From an uncultured Holophagales bacterium (GTDB lineage Bacteria > Acidobacteriota > Thermoanaerobaculia > Multivoradales > UBA5704), in NCBI GenBank assembly GCA_963842525.1, contig CAWJGT010000004.1, positions 64,001 through 128,000 on the forward strand: 64,000 bases of DNA, given 5' to 3'. Position 1 is the first letter of the stretch. The number at the start of each line of letters is the position of its first letter. Below the pieces are notes generated by a model. The model saw only the letters and a program-made list of their open reading frames with translations, was not told where the DNA came from and did not search any database. A program made the translations under genes and the position numbers. Positions 45,364-56,132 of the stretch are shown piece by piece.

Positions 45364-46886
45364 CCCTCCTCCATCAGGAGGGCGTCCATCGGGATCGGCG
45401 GCAGGTACTCCGCCGGGGTCCGGAAATCGTCCGGCACGGAGCCCAGGGCGGCGCGCAGGTAGTAGTCGACCCACCAGAAGATGTCCTGCTCGTGGACGAT
45501 CTTCTGCATCGCCTCCATCCGCCGCCGCCGCTCGGCGTCCGGCATGTCGAAGGCGGCCTTGAGCGCGTCGGCCATCCCCTCGATGTCGTGCGGGTTGACC
45601 AGCAGGGCCCCCTCCTGGAGCTGCGAGGCCGCCCCCGCGAGCTCGGAGAGGACGAGGACGCCGGTGCGGTCGATCTGGCAGGCGCAGAATTCCTTGGCCA
45701 CGAGGTTCATGCCGTCCTTGATCGAGGTGACGAAGCCGACCCGCGCCATGCGGTAGAGGGACAGCAGGTCGCGGCGGGTCAGGCTCTTGTAATGATATTG
45801 GATCGGCACCCAGCCTGCCATGGAGAACTCGCCGTTGATCTCCCCGACCAGCCGCTCGATGTGGGCCTTGAGGGCCTGGTACTCGGGCACCCCTTCGCGG
45901 CTGGGCACCACGACCTGCATCAGGATCGCGCGCTCGCGCAGCTCCGGGAAACGCCGCAGGGCGTCGCGAAAGGCCTCCAGGCGCTCGGGCAGCCCTTTGG
46001 TGTAGTCCAGGCGGTCGACCCCGACGATCAGGTGCGCCGGGCCCATCCTGCGCCGCAGGTCCTCGATCCGCCGCTCCACCTCGTCGGAGCGCGCGCCGGC
46101 CTCGAACGACTTGGCGTCGATGCCGATGGGGAAGGCGCCGACGCGCACCATCCGGGGGCCGATCCGCACTTCGACGATCGGACCGTCGCTGTCGAGGATC
46201 CCGGCCTGCGGCACAAGCTGCTCCAGGCAGGTCAGGAAGTTGCGGCTGTCGCGCGGGGTCTGGAAGCCGATGAGGTCGTAGGCGAGCAGGGCGCTCAGGA
46301 TCTGGGCCCGCCAGGGGAGCCTCAGGAGCATGTCGAGCGGTGGGAACGGGATGTGGAGGAAGAAGCCGATCCGCCGCGACTCCGTCTGCTCGCGGACGAA
46401 GTGGGCGACATGGATGAGCTGGTAGTCCTGGACCCAGATGAAATCGTCCTCGTCGCTGTTCGCGAGGACTCCATCGGCGAACTTGCGGTTCACCTTCTGA
46501 TAGGCGTACCAGAACGACGGGTCGAAGTTGCACTGGCCGAGCAGATCGTGGAAGAGCGGCCAGACGATGGCGTTGGAGAACCCTTCGTAGAAGCCCTTGA
46601 CCTCCTCTTCGCTCAGCAGGACCGGGACGAGCTCGTAGCCGTGCTCTCCATGGCCTTCCGCAAGGACGGCTTCCCAGGAGCCTTCCTTTTCGAGAGGCAG
46701 GCCCGGCCAACCGATCCACCGGCCGCCGCGATGGGAGAGCACGGGTGCGAGGGCGCTCACCAGCCCTCCCGAGCCCGGCTTGAGGCTCCATCCCGAATCC
46801 TTCCTCTCGAGTACGATCGGCAGGCGGTTGGAGACGACGAGGAGACGACGGCCAGGCGAGCTCAAAACATCCAGGATCTTGTGCAA
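45360..46886 (-). CDS. otsA: Trehalose-6-phosphate synthase (exact start uncertain)
   Basis: VSNRLP, GGLVSAL, WPLFH, WVQDYQL, FLHIPFP, GVDRLDYTKGL, DGMNLVAKE. Confidence 0.95.
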   Translation of the reverse strand: MHKILDVLSSPGRRLLVVSNRLPIVLERKDSGWSLKPGSGGLVSALAPVLSHRGGRWIGWPGLPLEKEGSWEAVLAEGHGEHGYELVPVLLSEEEVKGFYEGFSNAIVWPLFHDLLGQCNFDPSFWYAYQKVNRKFADGVLANSDEDDFIWVQDYQLIHVAHFVREQTESRRIGFFLHIPFPPLDMLLRLPWRAQILSALLAYDLIGFQTPRDSRNFLTCLEQLVPQAGILDSDGPIVEVRIGPRMVRVGAFPIGIDAKSFEAGARSDEVERRIEDLRRRMGPAHLIVGVDRLDYTKGLPERLEAFRDALRRFPELRERAILMQVVVPSREGVPEYQALKAHIERLVGEINGEFSMAGWVPIQYHYKSLTRRDLLSLYRMARVGFVTSIKDGMNLVAKEFCACQIDRTGVLVLSELAGAASQLQEGALLVNPHDIEGMADALKAAFDMPDAERRRRMEAMQKIVHEQDIFWWVDYYLRAALGSVPDDFRTPAEYLPPIPMDALLMEEG

Positions 46887-46898
46887 TCCGTGAGCCAG

Positions 46899-47051
46899 AA
46901 GCCCCCTCCCCCGACCCCTCCCCCGCGCGGCCACCACCACCCGCCCCGAGCGGGAGAGGGGAGCCCCCTCTCAGTTTCTGGTTTTCTCCCCTCTCCCGTT
47001 CGGGGTGGAAGGGCGGTGGACGCACGGGGGAGGGGTCGGGGGAGGGGGCTT
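46899..47051. repeat. REP-like long palindrome
   Basis: AAGCCCCCTCCCCCGACCCCTCCCCC ... GGGGGAGGGGTCGGGGGAGGGGGCTT. Confidence 0.85.
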
Positions 47052-47085
47052 CAACTTTTCGCCGGCTATTGCGTAGAGTGAAGCC

Positions 47086-49359
47086 ATGCCCTTCGTGTGC
47101 TCCAAGTGGATCCGGATCCATGCTCCTCTGCTCGCCGTTCTAGCTTTCGCTGCCGCGGTCCCCCTCCAGGCCCAGAGCCCGGAGCCTTTGCCGCCCCTGC
47201 CGGACATCCGCGTGGAACGGGCAGCCGGCGAGATCACGATCGACGGCCAGCTCGGCGATCCGGGGTGGCAGGGGGCGGCCCGGGTCGACACCTTCTTCGA
47301 GACCAATCCGGGGGACAACGTGCCGCCGAAGGTGCCTACCGTCGCCTGGCTCACCTACGACGACCATTTCTTCTATGCCGCCTTCGACTTCGAGGACGAT
47401 CCCAAGACCCTCCGCGCGCCGCTCGGCGACCGCGACAACGTCCCCAGCTCCACCGATTACGGCGGGCTGATCCTCGACACCCGCAACGACGGCCGGACGG
47501 CGGTGATGATGCTGGTCAATCCCAGCAATATCCAGTATGACGCCCTGACCAGCGACGCCAGCGGCGAGGACTCCTCCTACGACCTCTTCTGGGATTCGGC
47601 GACCCGCGTCACCGAGCGCGGATGGACGCTGGAGATCCGCGTCCCCTTCTCGTCGCTGCGGTACGACAAGGCCGACCCCCAGACCTGGGGCATCCTCATC
47701 TATCGCAACCGTCCTCGCGACTTCCGGTACCAGATGTTCAGCAACCGGCTGCCGCGCGCCTCCAACTGCTTCATCTGTCACGAGAGGAAGCTCGTCGGTC
47801 TTACGGGCCTGCCCGCCGGCAACCATCTGGTGCTGGCGCCCTATGCCACGTCCCGGCAGCCCTGGCGTCCCGCCGGCGCGCTGGGATCGTCTCTGGAGGA
47901 GGAGACGCTGGAGTGGGACGGCGGCCTCGACGCCAAGTGGACGCCCAACGCCGACACGGCGCTCGATGCGACGATCAATCCCGACTTCTCGCAGATCGAG
48001 TCGGACGTGGCGCAGATCGCCACCAACGAGCGCTTCGCCCTGTTCTTCCCGGAGAGGCGCCCCTTCTTCCTCGAAGGCCTCGACCTGTTCGCGACGCCGA
48101 TCCAGGCGGTCTACACCCGCACCATCACCTCGCCGCGCTGGGGTTTGCGCTCGACCGGCGAGCTCGCCAATACGGCCTATACCCTGCTGGTCACCCAGGA
48201 CCGGGGCGGCGGCAGCGTCATCATCCCCGGCGCCGAGTCGTCGAGCCTCGCCCTCCAGGACTTCGCCTCGACGGTCGTCGTCGGCCGGGCGCGCCGCGAC
48301 CTGGGCCGGTCGTTCGTCAGCTTCCTGCTCACCAGCCGCGAGGTCGAGGGCGGCGGCCACAACCGGGTCGGCGGGCCGGACTTCCAGTGGCGCCCCTCGG
48401 AGGCGGATACGGTCACGGGGCAGCTCCTGGCGAGCGACAGCCGCACGCCCGAGCGGCCGGAGCTGGCCGCGGAATGGGACGGCCGCAGCCTCACCTCGCA
48501 CGCGGTTTTCTTCTCCTGGGAACACTCCAAGCGCACCCACGCCTGGGTTCTGCAGCTCAAGGACATCGGCGACGACTTCCGGGCCGATGCCGGTTTCCTG
48601 CCTCAGGTCGGCTTCCGCGAAGCCGACGGCCAGGCCAGCCGCCGCTTCTATCCCACCAAAGGGCCCTTCCACCGGATCCGCCCGTTCGCCCGGGTGCGCT
48701 ATACCGCTGACAGGGAGGGAGACCTCATCTTCCAGCGGGCGTTTCCAGGGATCGGGATGGAGGGGAAGTGGAACAGCTACGCCGAGGTCGACTACTTCTT
48801 CGACCGGGTGCGTGCGGGGGAGCGCCTCTTCGACCGCCAGCAACTTTCCTGGTACGTCGAGATGAGCCCTTCGGGGTCGGTCACCGACGTCTCCTTCGAG
48901 GGCTGGGCCGGCGAGGAGGTCGACTTCGACAACGTTCGGGCCGGTGAGGGGGCGTCGATCGGGGTGAGCGCCACGCTGCGGCCGACGAACCACCTGGAGC
49001 TGCGCCTGAACGGCAGCCGACGCTGGCTCGACCTGGCCGAAGGGCCTCACACCGGAGAGCGCCTGTTCACGGCCGAGGTGGCGCGCCTGCGGGCGACCTA
49101 TACGTTCACCTCGCGGGCCTTCCTGCGGCTGATCGGCCAGCAGGTGCGGGCCGAATTCGATCCGGCGCTCTACACTTTCGAGGTCGCGCCGGAGGACGAG
49201 TCCTTCTCCGGCTCGGCGCTCTTCGCCTACAAGCTCAACTGGCAGACCGTGCTTTTCCTGGGCTATGGCGACGAGCGGGCCCTTGCCGAGACCACCGGCC
49301 GGCTGGAGCGCTCCGGCCGTGAGCTGTTCCTGAAGATCTCGTACGCGTTCCAGAGATAG
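47086..49359 (+). CDS. Secreted CBM9-like / DUF5916 protein
   Basis: Signal peptide; IDG.L.D..W, GWTLEIRVPFSSLRY, ATINPDFSQIESD, ERF.LFFPERRPFFLEG, C-terminal FLKISYAFQ. Confidence 0.88.
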   Translation: MPFVCSKWIRIHAPLLAVLAFAAAVPLQAQSPEPLPPLPDIRVERAAGEITIDGQLGDPGWQGAARVDTFFETNPGDNVPPKVPTVAWLTYDDHFFYAAFDFEDDPKTLRAPLGDRDNVPSSTDYGGLILDTRNDGRTAVMMLVNPSNIQYDALTSDASGEDSSYDLFWDSATRVTERGWTLEIRVPFSSLRYDKADPQTWGILIYRNRPRDFRYQMFSNRLPRASNCFICHERKLVGLTGLPAGNHLVLAPYATSRQPWRPAGALGSSLEEETLEWDGGLDAKWTPNADTALDATINPDFSQIESDVAQIATNERFALFFPERRPFFLEGLDLFATPIQAVYTRTITSPRWGLRSTGELANTAYTLLVTQDRGGGSVIIPGAESSSLALQDFASTVVVGRARRDLGRSFVSFLLTSREVEGGGHNRVGGPDFQWRPSEADTVTGQLLASDSRTPERPELAAEWDGRSLTSHAVFFSWEHSKRTHAWVLQLKDIGDDFRADAGFLPQVGFREADGQASRRFYPTKGPFHRIRPFARVRYTADREGDLIFQRAFPGIGMEGKWNSYAEVDYFFDRVRAGERLFDRQQLSWYVEMSPSGSVTDVSFEGWAGEEVDFDNVRAGEGASIGVSATLRPTNHLELRLNGSRRWLDLAEGPHTGERLFTAEVARLRATYTFTSRAFLRLIGQQVRAEFDPALYTFEVAPEDESFSGSALFAYKLNWQTVLFLGYGDERALAETTGRLERSGRELFLKISYAFQR

Positions 49360-49390
49360 AATCCCCTCTCATCATTCCGGGAGGAGAGCC

Positions 49391-49996
49391 ATGGGTGTCG
49401 ACGAGCAGCTTCAGCAGGGCGAGGAGATCGTCTACCGGGCGCACGTGACCCGGATTTCGCTGGTCCCCTGGGTTGTGGCCCTCGTCGTGGTCCTGGCCGC
49501 CGGGGTGTTCGCGTGGAGCGTCCTGGCCCACGACGTCCTGTTCTTCGTGAGCCTGGCGATCTGCCTGGTGCTCCTGGGCGTGATCGTGGTCAAGCTCGTG
49601 GTGCTCCGCTTCCAGGAGCACGTCCTGACGGACCGGCGGGTGATCCAGCATCTCGGAGTGTTCAACCGGCGGTCGGTGGATGCCCGCCTCGACAAGATCA
49701 ACAACGTCGAGCACCGGCAGACGATCTGGGGGAGGATCCTGGGCTACGGCGACCTGGAGATCGATACCGCGAGCGAGACCGGCACGACCCGCTTCCACAA
49801 GATCCGCCACCCGCTCGATTTCAAACTCGCCATCATGGGCGCCGCCGAGACCTACCGCGCCCGCGGCATCGCCGCCCCGGTCGCCGTCGTCTCGCCCGCC
49901 GAGAAGATCCGCCAGCTCAAGGCCCTCCTGGACGACGGCCTGATCTCCGCCCAGGAGTTCGAAGCCAAGCGGCGGCAGTTGCTGGAAGAGATGTAG
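49391..49996 (+). CDS. Bacterial PH-domain membrane protein with SHOCT tail
   Basis: LTDRRVI..GVF.R, GRILGYGDLEI, LK.LLDDGLIS.QEFEAKR. Confidence 0.9.
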   Translation: MGVDEQLQQGEEIVYRAHVTRISLVPWVVALVVVLAAGVFAWSVLAHDVLFFVSLAICLVLLGVIVVKLVVLRFQEHVLTDRRVIQHLGVFNRRSVDARLDKINNVEHRQTIWGRILGYGDLEIDTASETGTTRFHKIRHPLDFKLAIMGAAETYRARGIAAPVAVVSPAEKIRQLKALLDDGLISAQEFEAKRRQLLEEM

Positions 49997-50008
49997 AATC
50001 CGGCGGTA

Positions 50009-53000
50009 ATGCCCCGTAATCTGCCGTTTGCCGCACCCCTTTCCCTGACCGACCTGATCGACGAGCTGGGCCGGGATGCGAAGCTGGGGCCGCAGATCGT
50101 GCATGCGGCCTATCTGCCGGGGAGCGAGCCGCAATATGGAGAGCTGGACCCGCCGCTGCCGGAGCCGCTGGCGCGGGCAGTGGCCGCGGGCGGGGTGCCA
50201 CGCCTGTGGAGCCATCAGGCGGAGGGGATCGCGGCGGTGCGGCGGGGGGAGAGCGTCCTCATCACGACGCCGACCGCGTCGGGCAAGTCGCTCGTCTTTC
50301 AGCTCCCGGTGCTCGAAGAGGCCGCGCGCGGCGGCCCGGGGCACGGGCTGTTCCTCTTCCCCCTGAAGGCCCTGGGACAGGACCAGCGGGGCAAGCTCGT
50401 CCGCCTCGCCGAGGCGGCCGGCCTGTCGCCCGAGGTGGCGGGCTGCGAGATCTACGACGGCGACACGCCCACGGCCAAGCGGGCGGAGATCCGCAAGCAG
50501 TTCCCGCGGGTGGTGATCTCCAACCCGGACATGCTCCATCTGGGCGTGCTCGGCTCGTGGACCAACTGGGGGCCGTTCCTGGCCGACCTGCGCTGGATCG
50601 TGCTCGACGAGCTGCACACCTACCGCGGTATCTTCGGCAGCCATTTCCATCACGTCCTGCAGCGGCTGCTGCGCCTCTGCCGCTCGGTCGGCGGCGACCC
50701 GGTGCTGATCGCCTCGTCGGCCACGGCGGCCAACGCCGCGGAATTCGCCGAAACGCTGGCGGGCCGGCCGTTCCGTTGGATCACCGAATCGGGGGCGCCG
50801 CGCGAAGGACGGCACTTCCTCCTCTTCCGGCCGGAGGCGAGCCCATACACGCTGACGCTGCAGCTCTTTACGCGGCTCCTGCGGGCCGGCCTCAAGACGA
50901 TCGTGTTCACCAAGGCGCGGCGGATCACCGAGCTGCTCTATTCCTGGCTGCGCCGGGAGGACCCGGACCTCGCCGCCAGGGTGGCGAGCTACCGCGCGGG
51001 CTTCCTTCCCGAGGAGCGGCGGCGCATCGAGAAGTCGCTGTTCGAGGGCCGCCTCGCCGGGGTGATCTCCACGTCCGCCCTCGAGATGGGGATCGACGTG
51101 GGCGGGCTCGACGCCTGCATCCTGGTCGGCTATCCCGGCAGCATGATGGCGACCTGGCAGCGCTCGGGCCGGGTGGGACGTTCGGGGAAGGAGTCGGTCA
51201 CCGCCCTGGTGGCCCTGCCGGACGCGCTCGATCAGTTCTTCCTGGACCACCCCGACCAGTTCCTGGAACGCCCCTGCGAGCGGCTGGTGGTCGATCCGGA
51301 CAACGACCCGGTCTCCCGCGCTCATCTGGTGTGCGCCGCGTCCGAGCTGCCGCTCTGCCGGACGGAGGATCAGACCTATCTGGAGAGGCATGCGCCGCGG
51401 GTCGCGTCGCTCCTCTCCGAGGGGCATCTGCGCGAGTCGGCCGACGGCGCGGACCTTTATTCCGTGCGCCGGCGCCCGCAGAGGAGCATCAACCTGCGGG
51501 GGACCGGGGCTCAGTTCGCCATCCTGGACCAGAGCCGGAGCGGAGTGACGATCGGCACGATCGACGGGGTGCGGGTGCTGCACGAGTGCCACCCCGGGGC
51601 GGTCTACCTCCATGCCGGCCGGCAGTTCCTGATCCAGGATCTGGACCGCGAGAAGCGCCGTGTGCTGGCGACCGGCGCCGACCTCGACTATTTCACCAGC
51701 CCGCTCACCGAGAAGGAGACGGAGATCCTGGAGACCCTGCGGGAGCGGACGGACGGCCCGCTGCGCGCCGGGCTGGGGCGGCTCAAGGTGACCGAGCGGG
51801 TGGTGGGCTACGAGCGCAAGCGCATTCACGGCCAGGAGACGATCGACCAGCACCCGCTGGACCTGCCGCCTGTGGAATTCGAGACGGTCGGCCTCTGGTG
51901 GGAGGCCCCCCGCGAGGTGGAGGAGACGCTGCGGCGCCAGGGGGAGCACTTCATGGGCTCGCTCCACGCCTCGGAGCATGCGGCCATCTCGCTCTTCCCC
52001 TTGCTCGCCCTCTGTGACCGGATGGACATCGGAGGGATCTCCTACTCGTTCCACCCGCAGATCGGCAGCGGTGCGGTGTTCGTGTACGACGGCCATCCCG
52101 GGGGCGTAGGAATCGCGGCGCGCGGCTTCGCGGATCTGCCCGAGCTGCTGCGGCAGGTGCAGGTGCTGATCGAAGGGTGCGACTGCGAGGAGGGCTGCCC
52201 CTCCTGCATCCAGTCGCCCAAGTGCGGCAACGGCAACCGGCCGCTGCACAAGGCCGGGGCCGCGCGGGCGCTGCGGCTGCTGTTGGGGATGGAGGAGCCG
52301 GTGATCCCGTGGGGAGAGTTTCCGGAGGTGGGCCCTCACCCCCCGGCCCCCTCTCCCATCCTCACTCCCACCCTACCGGGAGAGGGGGAGATGGCCATCG
52401 GAGAGGGTGGTGTGAGGGAAGAGCCCCAAAGGGGCGTCGGCATAAAGCCTGGGGTTTCAACCCCAGGACAGCGGCCCGTTTTCATCTCAAGCCCCGAAGG
52501 GGCGTCGGAAACCATTCCCCCCTCTCCCGGGGGGGTGGGAGGGCGGATGGGAGAGGGGGGCCAGGGGGGTGAGGGGTCCGACCTCGACGTCGACCCGCGC
52601 GACGTGGAGGTCTGGCTCGTGCCGGGGCCGGAGCCGCGCCGGTTCGAGCGTGCTCCCGCGGTGGCGACCGGTCTGCCGCGCACGATCCTCTTCGACCTGG
52701 AGACCCTGCGCTCGGCTGCGGATGTGGGCGGGTGGCGCAAGGTCCACCGCATGGGGGTGGCCGTCGGCGTCGCTTGTCATCTGGAGGAGGGGCGCTTCGA
52801 AATCTTTTCCGAGACCCGGGTGCGCGATCTCTGCGAGCTGCTGCGCAGCGCCACGCTGGTGATCGGCTTCAACATCAAGCGGTTCGACTACCGCGTCCTC
52901 TCCGGCTACACGGGCGAGGACTATGCGCGGCTGGTCCCCACGCTCGACCTCCTGGAGGACGTCTACGCGCGGGCGGGCTTCCGGATCGGGATGGGGCACC

Positions 53001-53212
53001 TGGCCCAGGAGACCCTGGGGGCGGGCAAGTCGGCCGACGGGCTGCAGAGCCTCGAATGGGTCCGGCAGGGGAGGCTCGATCTGGTCGAGGCCTATTGCCG
53101 CCGCGACGTCGAGGTCCTCCGCGACCTTTATCTCCATGGCCGCCGCGAGGGGTGCCTCTTCTACCGCGACCGCAAGCGCGACCTCCGCCGCAAGCTCAGC
53201 GTCGACTGGTGA
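50009..53212 (+). CDS. DEAD/DEAH helicase with DUF1998 (Hrq1/MrfA-like) fused to a C-terminal RNase H-like exonuclease
   Basis: TPTASGKS, LDELHTY, QRSGRVGR, YDGHPGG.G, CDCEEGCPSC; then FDLET, GFNIKRFD, AYCRRDVEV. Confidence 0.93.
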   Translation: MPRNLPFAAPLSLTDLIDELGRDAKLGPQIVHAAYLPGSEPQYGELDPPLPEPLARAVAAGGVPRLWSHQAEGIAAVRRGESVLITTPTASGKSLVFQLPVLEEAARGGPGHGLFLFPLKALGQDQRGKLVRLAEAAGLSPEVAGCEIYDGDTPTAKRAEIRKQFPRVVISNPDMLHLGVLGSWTNWGPFLADLRWIVLDELHTYRGIFGSHFHHVLQRLLRLCRSVGGDPVLIASSATAANAAEFAETLAGRPFRWITESGAPREGRHFLLFRPEASPYTLTLQLFTRLLRAGLKTIVFTKARRITELLYSWLRREDPDLAARVASYRAGFLPEERRRIEKSLFEGRLAGVISTSALEMGIDVGGLDACILVGYPGSMMATWQRSGRVGRSGKESVTALVALPDALDQFFLDHPDQFLERPCERLVVDPDNDPVSRAHLVCAASELPLCRTEDQTYLERHAPRVASLLSEGHLRESADGADLYSVRRRPQRSINLRGTGAQFAILDQSRSGVTIGTIDGVRVLHECHPGAVYLHAGRQFLIQDLDREKRRVLATGADLDYFTSPLTEKETEILETLRERTDGPLRAGLGRLKVTERVVGYERKRIHGQETIDQHPLDLPPVEFETVGLWWEAPREVEETLRRQGEHFMGSLHASEHAAISLFPLLALCDRMDIGGISYSFHPQIGSGAVFVYDGHPGGVGIAARGFADLPELLRQVQVLIEGCDCEEGCPSCIQSPKCGNGNRPLHKAGAARALRLLLGMEEPVIPWGEFPEVGPHPPAPSPILTPTLPGEGEMAIGEGGVREEPQRGVGIKPGVSTPGQRPVFISSPEGASETIPPSPGGVGGRMGEGGQGGEGSDLDVDPRDVEVWLVPGPEPRRFERAPAVATGLPRTILFDLETLRSAADVGGWRKVHRMGVAVGVACHLEEGRFEIFSETRVRDLCELLRSATLVIGFNIKRFDYRVLSGYTGEDYARLVPTLDLLEDVYARAGFRIGMGHLAQETLGAGKSADGLQSLEWVRQGRLDLVEAYCRRDVEVLRDLYLHGRREGCLFYRDRKRDLRRKLSVDW
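52333..52577. repeat. Two nested REP-like elements lying in frame inside the helicase linker
   Basis: Outer arms CCCTCACCCCCCGGCCCCCTCTCCCATCC / GGATGGGAGAGGGGGGCCAGGGGGGTGAGGG; inner 52420-52505 matches about 17016-17100. Confidence 0.9.
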
Positions 53213-56127
53213 GGCTGGCGGCCCGCCTGACGATCTGCCCGAAACCCTTCGCGGCGGCCTGCCTCTGCAAGGCCTGCAGCGTCCGTTGGCCGGCGTCGGC
53301 GTCGCCGTGCCGCAGCTCGACCTCTCCCAGGGCGAGCTCCGCTTCCAGGTGCTGGATCCAAAGGCCGCGGGACACCGCCTCGTCGCGGGCCGTTTCCAGC
53401 GTCTGGCGAGCCTCGGCGAGCCGGCCGGCCGCGGCGGCGACCCGGCTGGACGCGATCAGCACCTGCAGTCGGGACCGCCGGTTCTGGCTCCAGTCCGTGA
53501 GCTGCAGCGCATCGCGGGCGGCCTTCTCGGCCGGCGCGATCTTCCCCTGGGCCAGCAGGGCCCGCGCCAGCAGCTCGCGGGCCAATCCCTCCCAATCCCG
53601 CGCGCCAAGGGTGCGGAGCTGTTCCGCGACCGATTGCGCCTCGCGTTCCGCAGCCTGCGGATCTCCCGCGTCGAGCGCAATCTGGGCCAGGGCGAGCCGG
53701 CTGAGGACGAGCGAGAACCTCTCCTGGGACTTTTCCCGGCTGTCCAGTGCCGCGCGCTCGTTCTTCCGGGCCGCCGCCAGGTCCCCCTCCAGCCGGTTGA
53801 CGGAGGCCAGGCCGGATTCGGCCTCGGCGAGGAGGGAGCTGTGCGTCGCCGACATGTCTTTCACCCTCTGATAGGTCGTGGCGGCCTCCTTCAGGCTGCC
53901 CTCGTCGGTGAGCAGGGAGCCGATGCGGATGAGAGAGAAGGCGACTCCGCGTGTGTACGAGGCCGCCTCGAAGAGGCGGAGGGCGGTCTCCGCCTGGCGC
54001 CGGGCCTCCTGGAGGTCTCCCTGGTCCTGCAGGATGCCGGCGAGGTTGGCGCGGGCGGTGGCCTCTCCGGTCGGAGAGCCCACCTCCTGGAAGAGGGACA
54101 GGCACTCCTCGAAGCCTTTTTGAGCACCGGCCAGGTCCCCTTCCGTGCGGAGGACATAGCCGAGGTTGACGAGGACCCCGGCCTGTCCCGTCCGGTCGCG
54201 GATCTCGCGCGCGATCGCGTCGGCCTCGATCAGGAGCTGCTTTGCCCGGGCGAACCTCCCCATCTCCGACTCGATGCCTCCCAGATTGCGGAGCGCGATC
54301 ATGCTGCCGCGCTGATTGCCGGTCTCGCGGTGGATGGCCAGGGCCCGCTCGTACTCTCGTAAGGAGCCTTCGAAGTCCCCCTGATCCATGAGCAGATTGG
54401 CGGAGTGGTTCGCCGTGGCGGCCACTCCTGCCCGGTCTCCGGCCTTGGCGTAGAGCCCGGCCGCCTCGCGGCTGCGGATCAGGGCCTCGGCGTTCCGGCC
54501 CAGGCTTCGGAGGGCGTGGGCCTGGCGATGCCGTGCCCGCGCGACGAGCAGACGGGCTCCCTGCGCATTGCCCGCGGCGGCGGCCCGGGCCGTCAGCTCC
54601 TCCTGCCGGGAGTAATTCCCCAGAGCGCCGCTCGCCTCGGCCTCGGCGAGATCGAGCCGCGGGTCGCCCGCGACCGGGGCCGGGAGCCGCCGCAGCACCG
54701 CCACGGTGGTCAGTGCCTCTTTGGCCTGGCCGGCATCGGTCTGCGCCCAGGCAAGCCGCAGGCCGTGCTCGAGGTCGTCCGGAAAGAACGTCCAGAGCGT
54801 CTTGTAGATGTCGACGGCCTGCATCCAGTCCTGGGTGGTCTCGGCGCGCAGGGCGTCGATCAGGAGGCGCTCCTCGCGGGGCAGGGCGGCGGAGAGCTCG
54901 AAGGCCTCCGTGGCCTGGCGCGCGGCGTTGGCGTCGTATCCCAGGTTGAGCCAGGCGCGGGCGAGCGCGGCGTGCGCCAGGGGGAAGCCGGGCTCCTCCT
55001 GGACCGCGCGGCTCAGGAGGTCGCGCGCCTTCAGGTAGTCCAGCGTGCGGAGCGAGTGCAGCCCCTCGGAGTAGAGGCGGCGGGCCTTGCGGTCGGAAGG
55101 GAACGAGGCGCGGGTGGCCGGGCTGGCGGCCGGAGCCTCCAGCGCCCAGGCTGCGGCGCAAGGCCGCTCCCAGCTCCTCGACCATGGTGAAGAGCTCCGT
55201 CTCAGGTCCGATTTTGCTGGCTGACAGGCGCAGCTCGCCGGTCGCCGTATCGACGAGGCGCAGGTCGACCCGCACCCTGCGCCCGCCCTTCACGGGCAGG
55301 TCGAGGTAGGAGCCGAGGAGCACTGCGTCGCAGCCCAGGCTGTTGCGCACCCGCGCCAGGCTCTCGGGCGAGAGGTCGCCGGCGTCCTCGAGCCCCAGGT
55401 CCAGCCGGGCGCGGGCGACCGCCTCGCCGGAGAGGATGTGGAGCGTCTCGCCCACCGCGAGCTCGACGGTGAACATCTCCGCGAGGGCGGTGGAGAGCCA
55501 GGCGCTGTTCTTGTCGCCGGACATGTTGTGAAAGCCCCAGACCGCCACCGACCGGCGGAGGGACGAGCTCTTCGGCGTCTCCTGGACCGCTTTCCGACCG
55601 GCAAACCGGGAGACGAGGAAGAAACCCGAAGCGAGGAGGAGCAGGGCGAGACCGGCCGCGAGCAGCGCCCGGCGGCGGAAGCCGCGTGAGCTGGGAGGAG
55701 GCTCGACCGGAGGCTCCGGCGGTGGGACGGCGATCGGCATCTGCGGACGGGATGGAGCCTCGGTGCGGGCCGGCTCCCCGGCCGGGGCCTCCTCGATCGC
55801 CTTCCACGCCGCCTTGGCCACGAAGCTGTACCCCCGCCCGGGGACTGTCACGATGAAGCGGTGCTCGCCTGCCCCTTCGCCGAGCGCCTTCCGCAACCGG
55901 AAGATGTTCTGGGTCAAGGTGGCCTCGGAGATGAAGGTGTCGGGCCAGACCATCTGCAGGAGCTCGTCCTTGGCCACGACCTCGCCCTGCCGCTCGAGCA
56001 GCGCCACCAGGGTGGCGAGCGCCTTCGGAGGGAGTGGAATGGGCTCGTCCTCCCGCAGCAGGAGCCGCCGGGACGGGTCGAGCCGGAACCGTTCGAACTG
56101 GTAGAAACCTTTTTCTTCCTGGGACAT
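53196..56127 (-). CDS. CadC-like wHTH-TM-TPR regulator, copy 2; frameshift near 55132
   Basis: YQFERFRLD, LPPKA..TL..L, VWPDTF.SEATL.QNIFRLRKALG, TVPGRGYSF; TM helix; long TPR array continues in the 53196 frame. Confidence 0.85.
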
Positions 56128-56132
56128 AGAAG

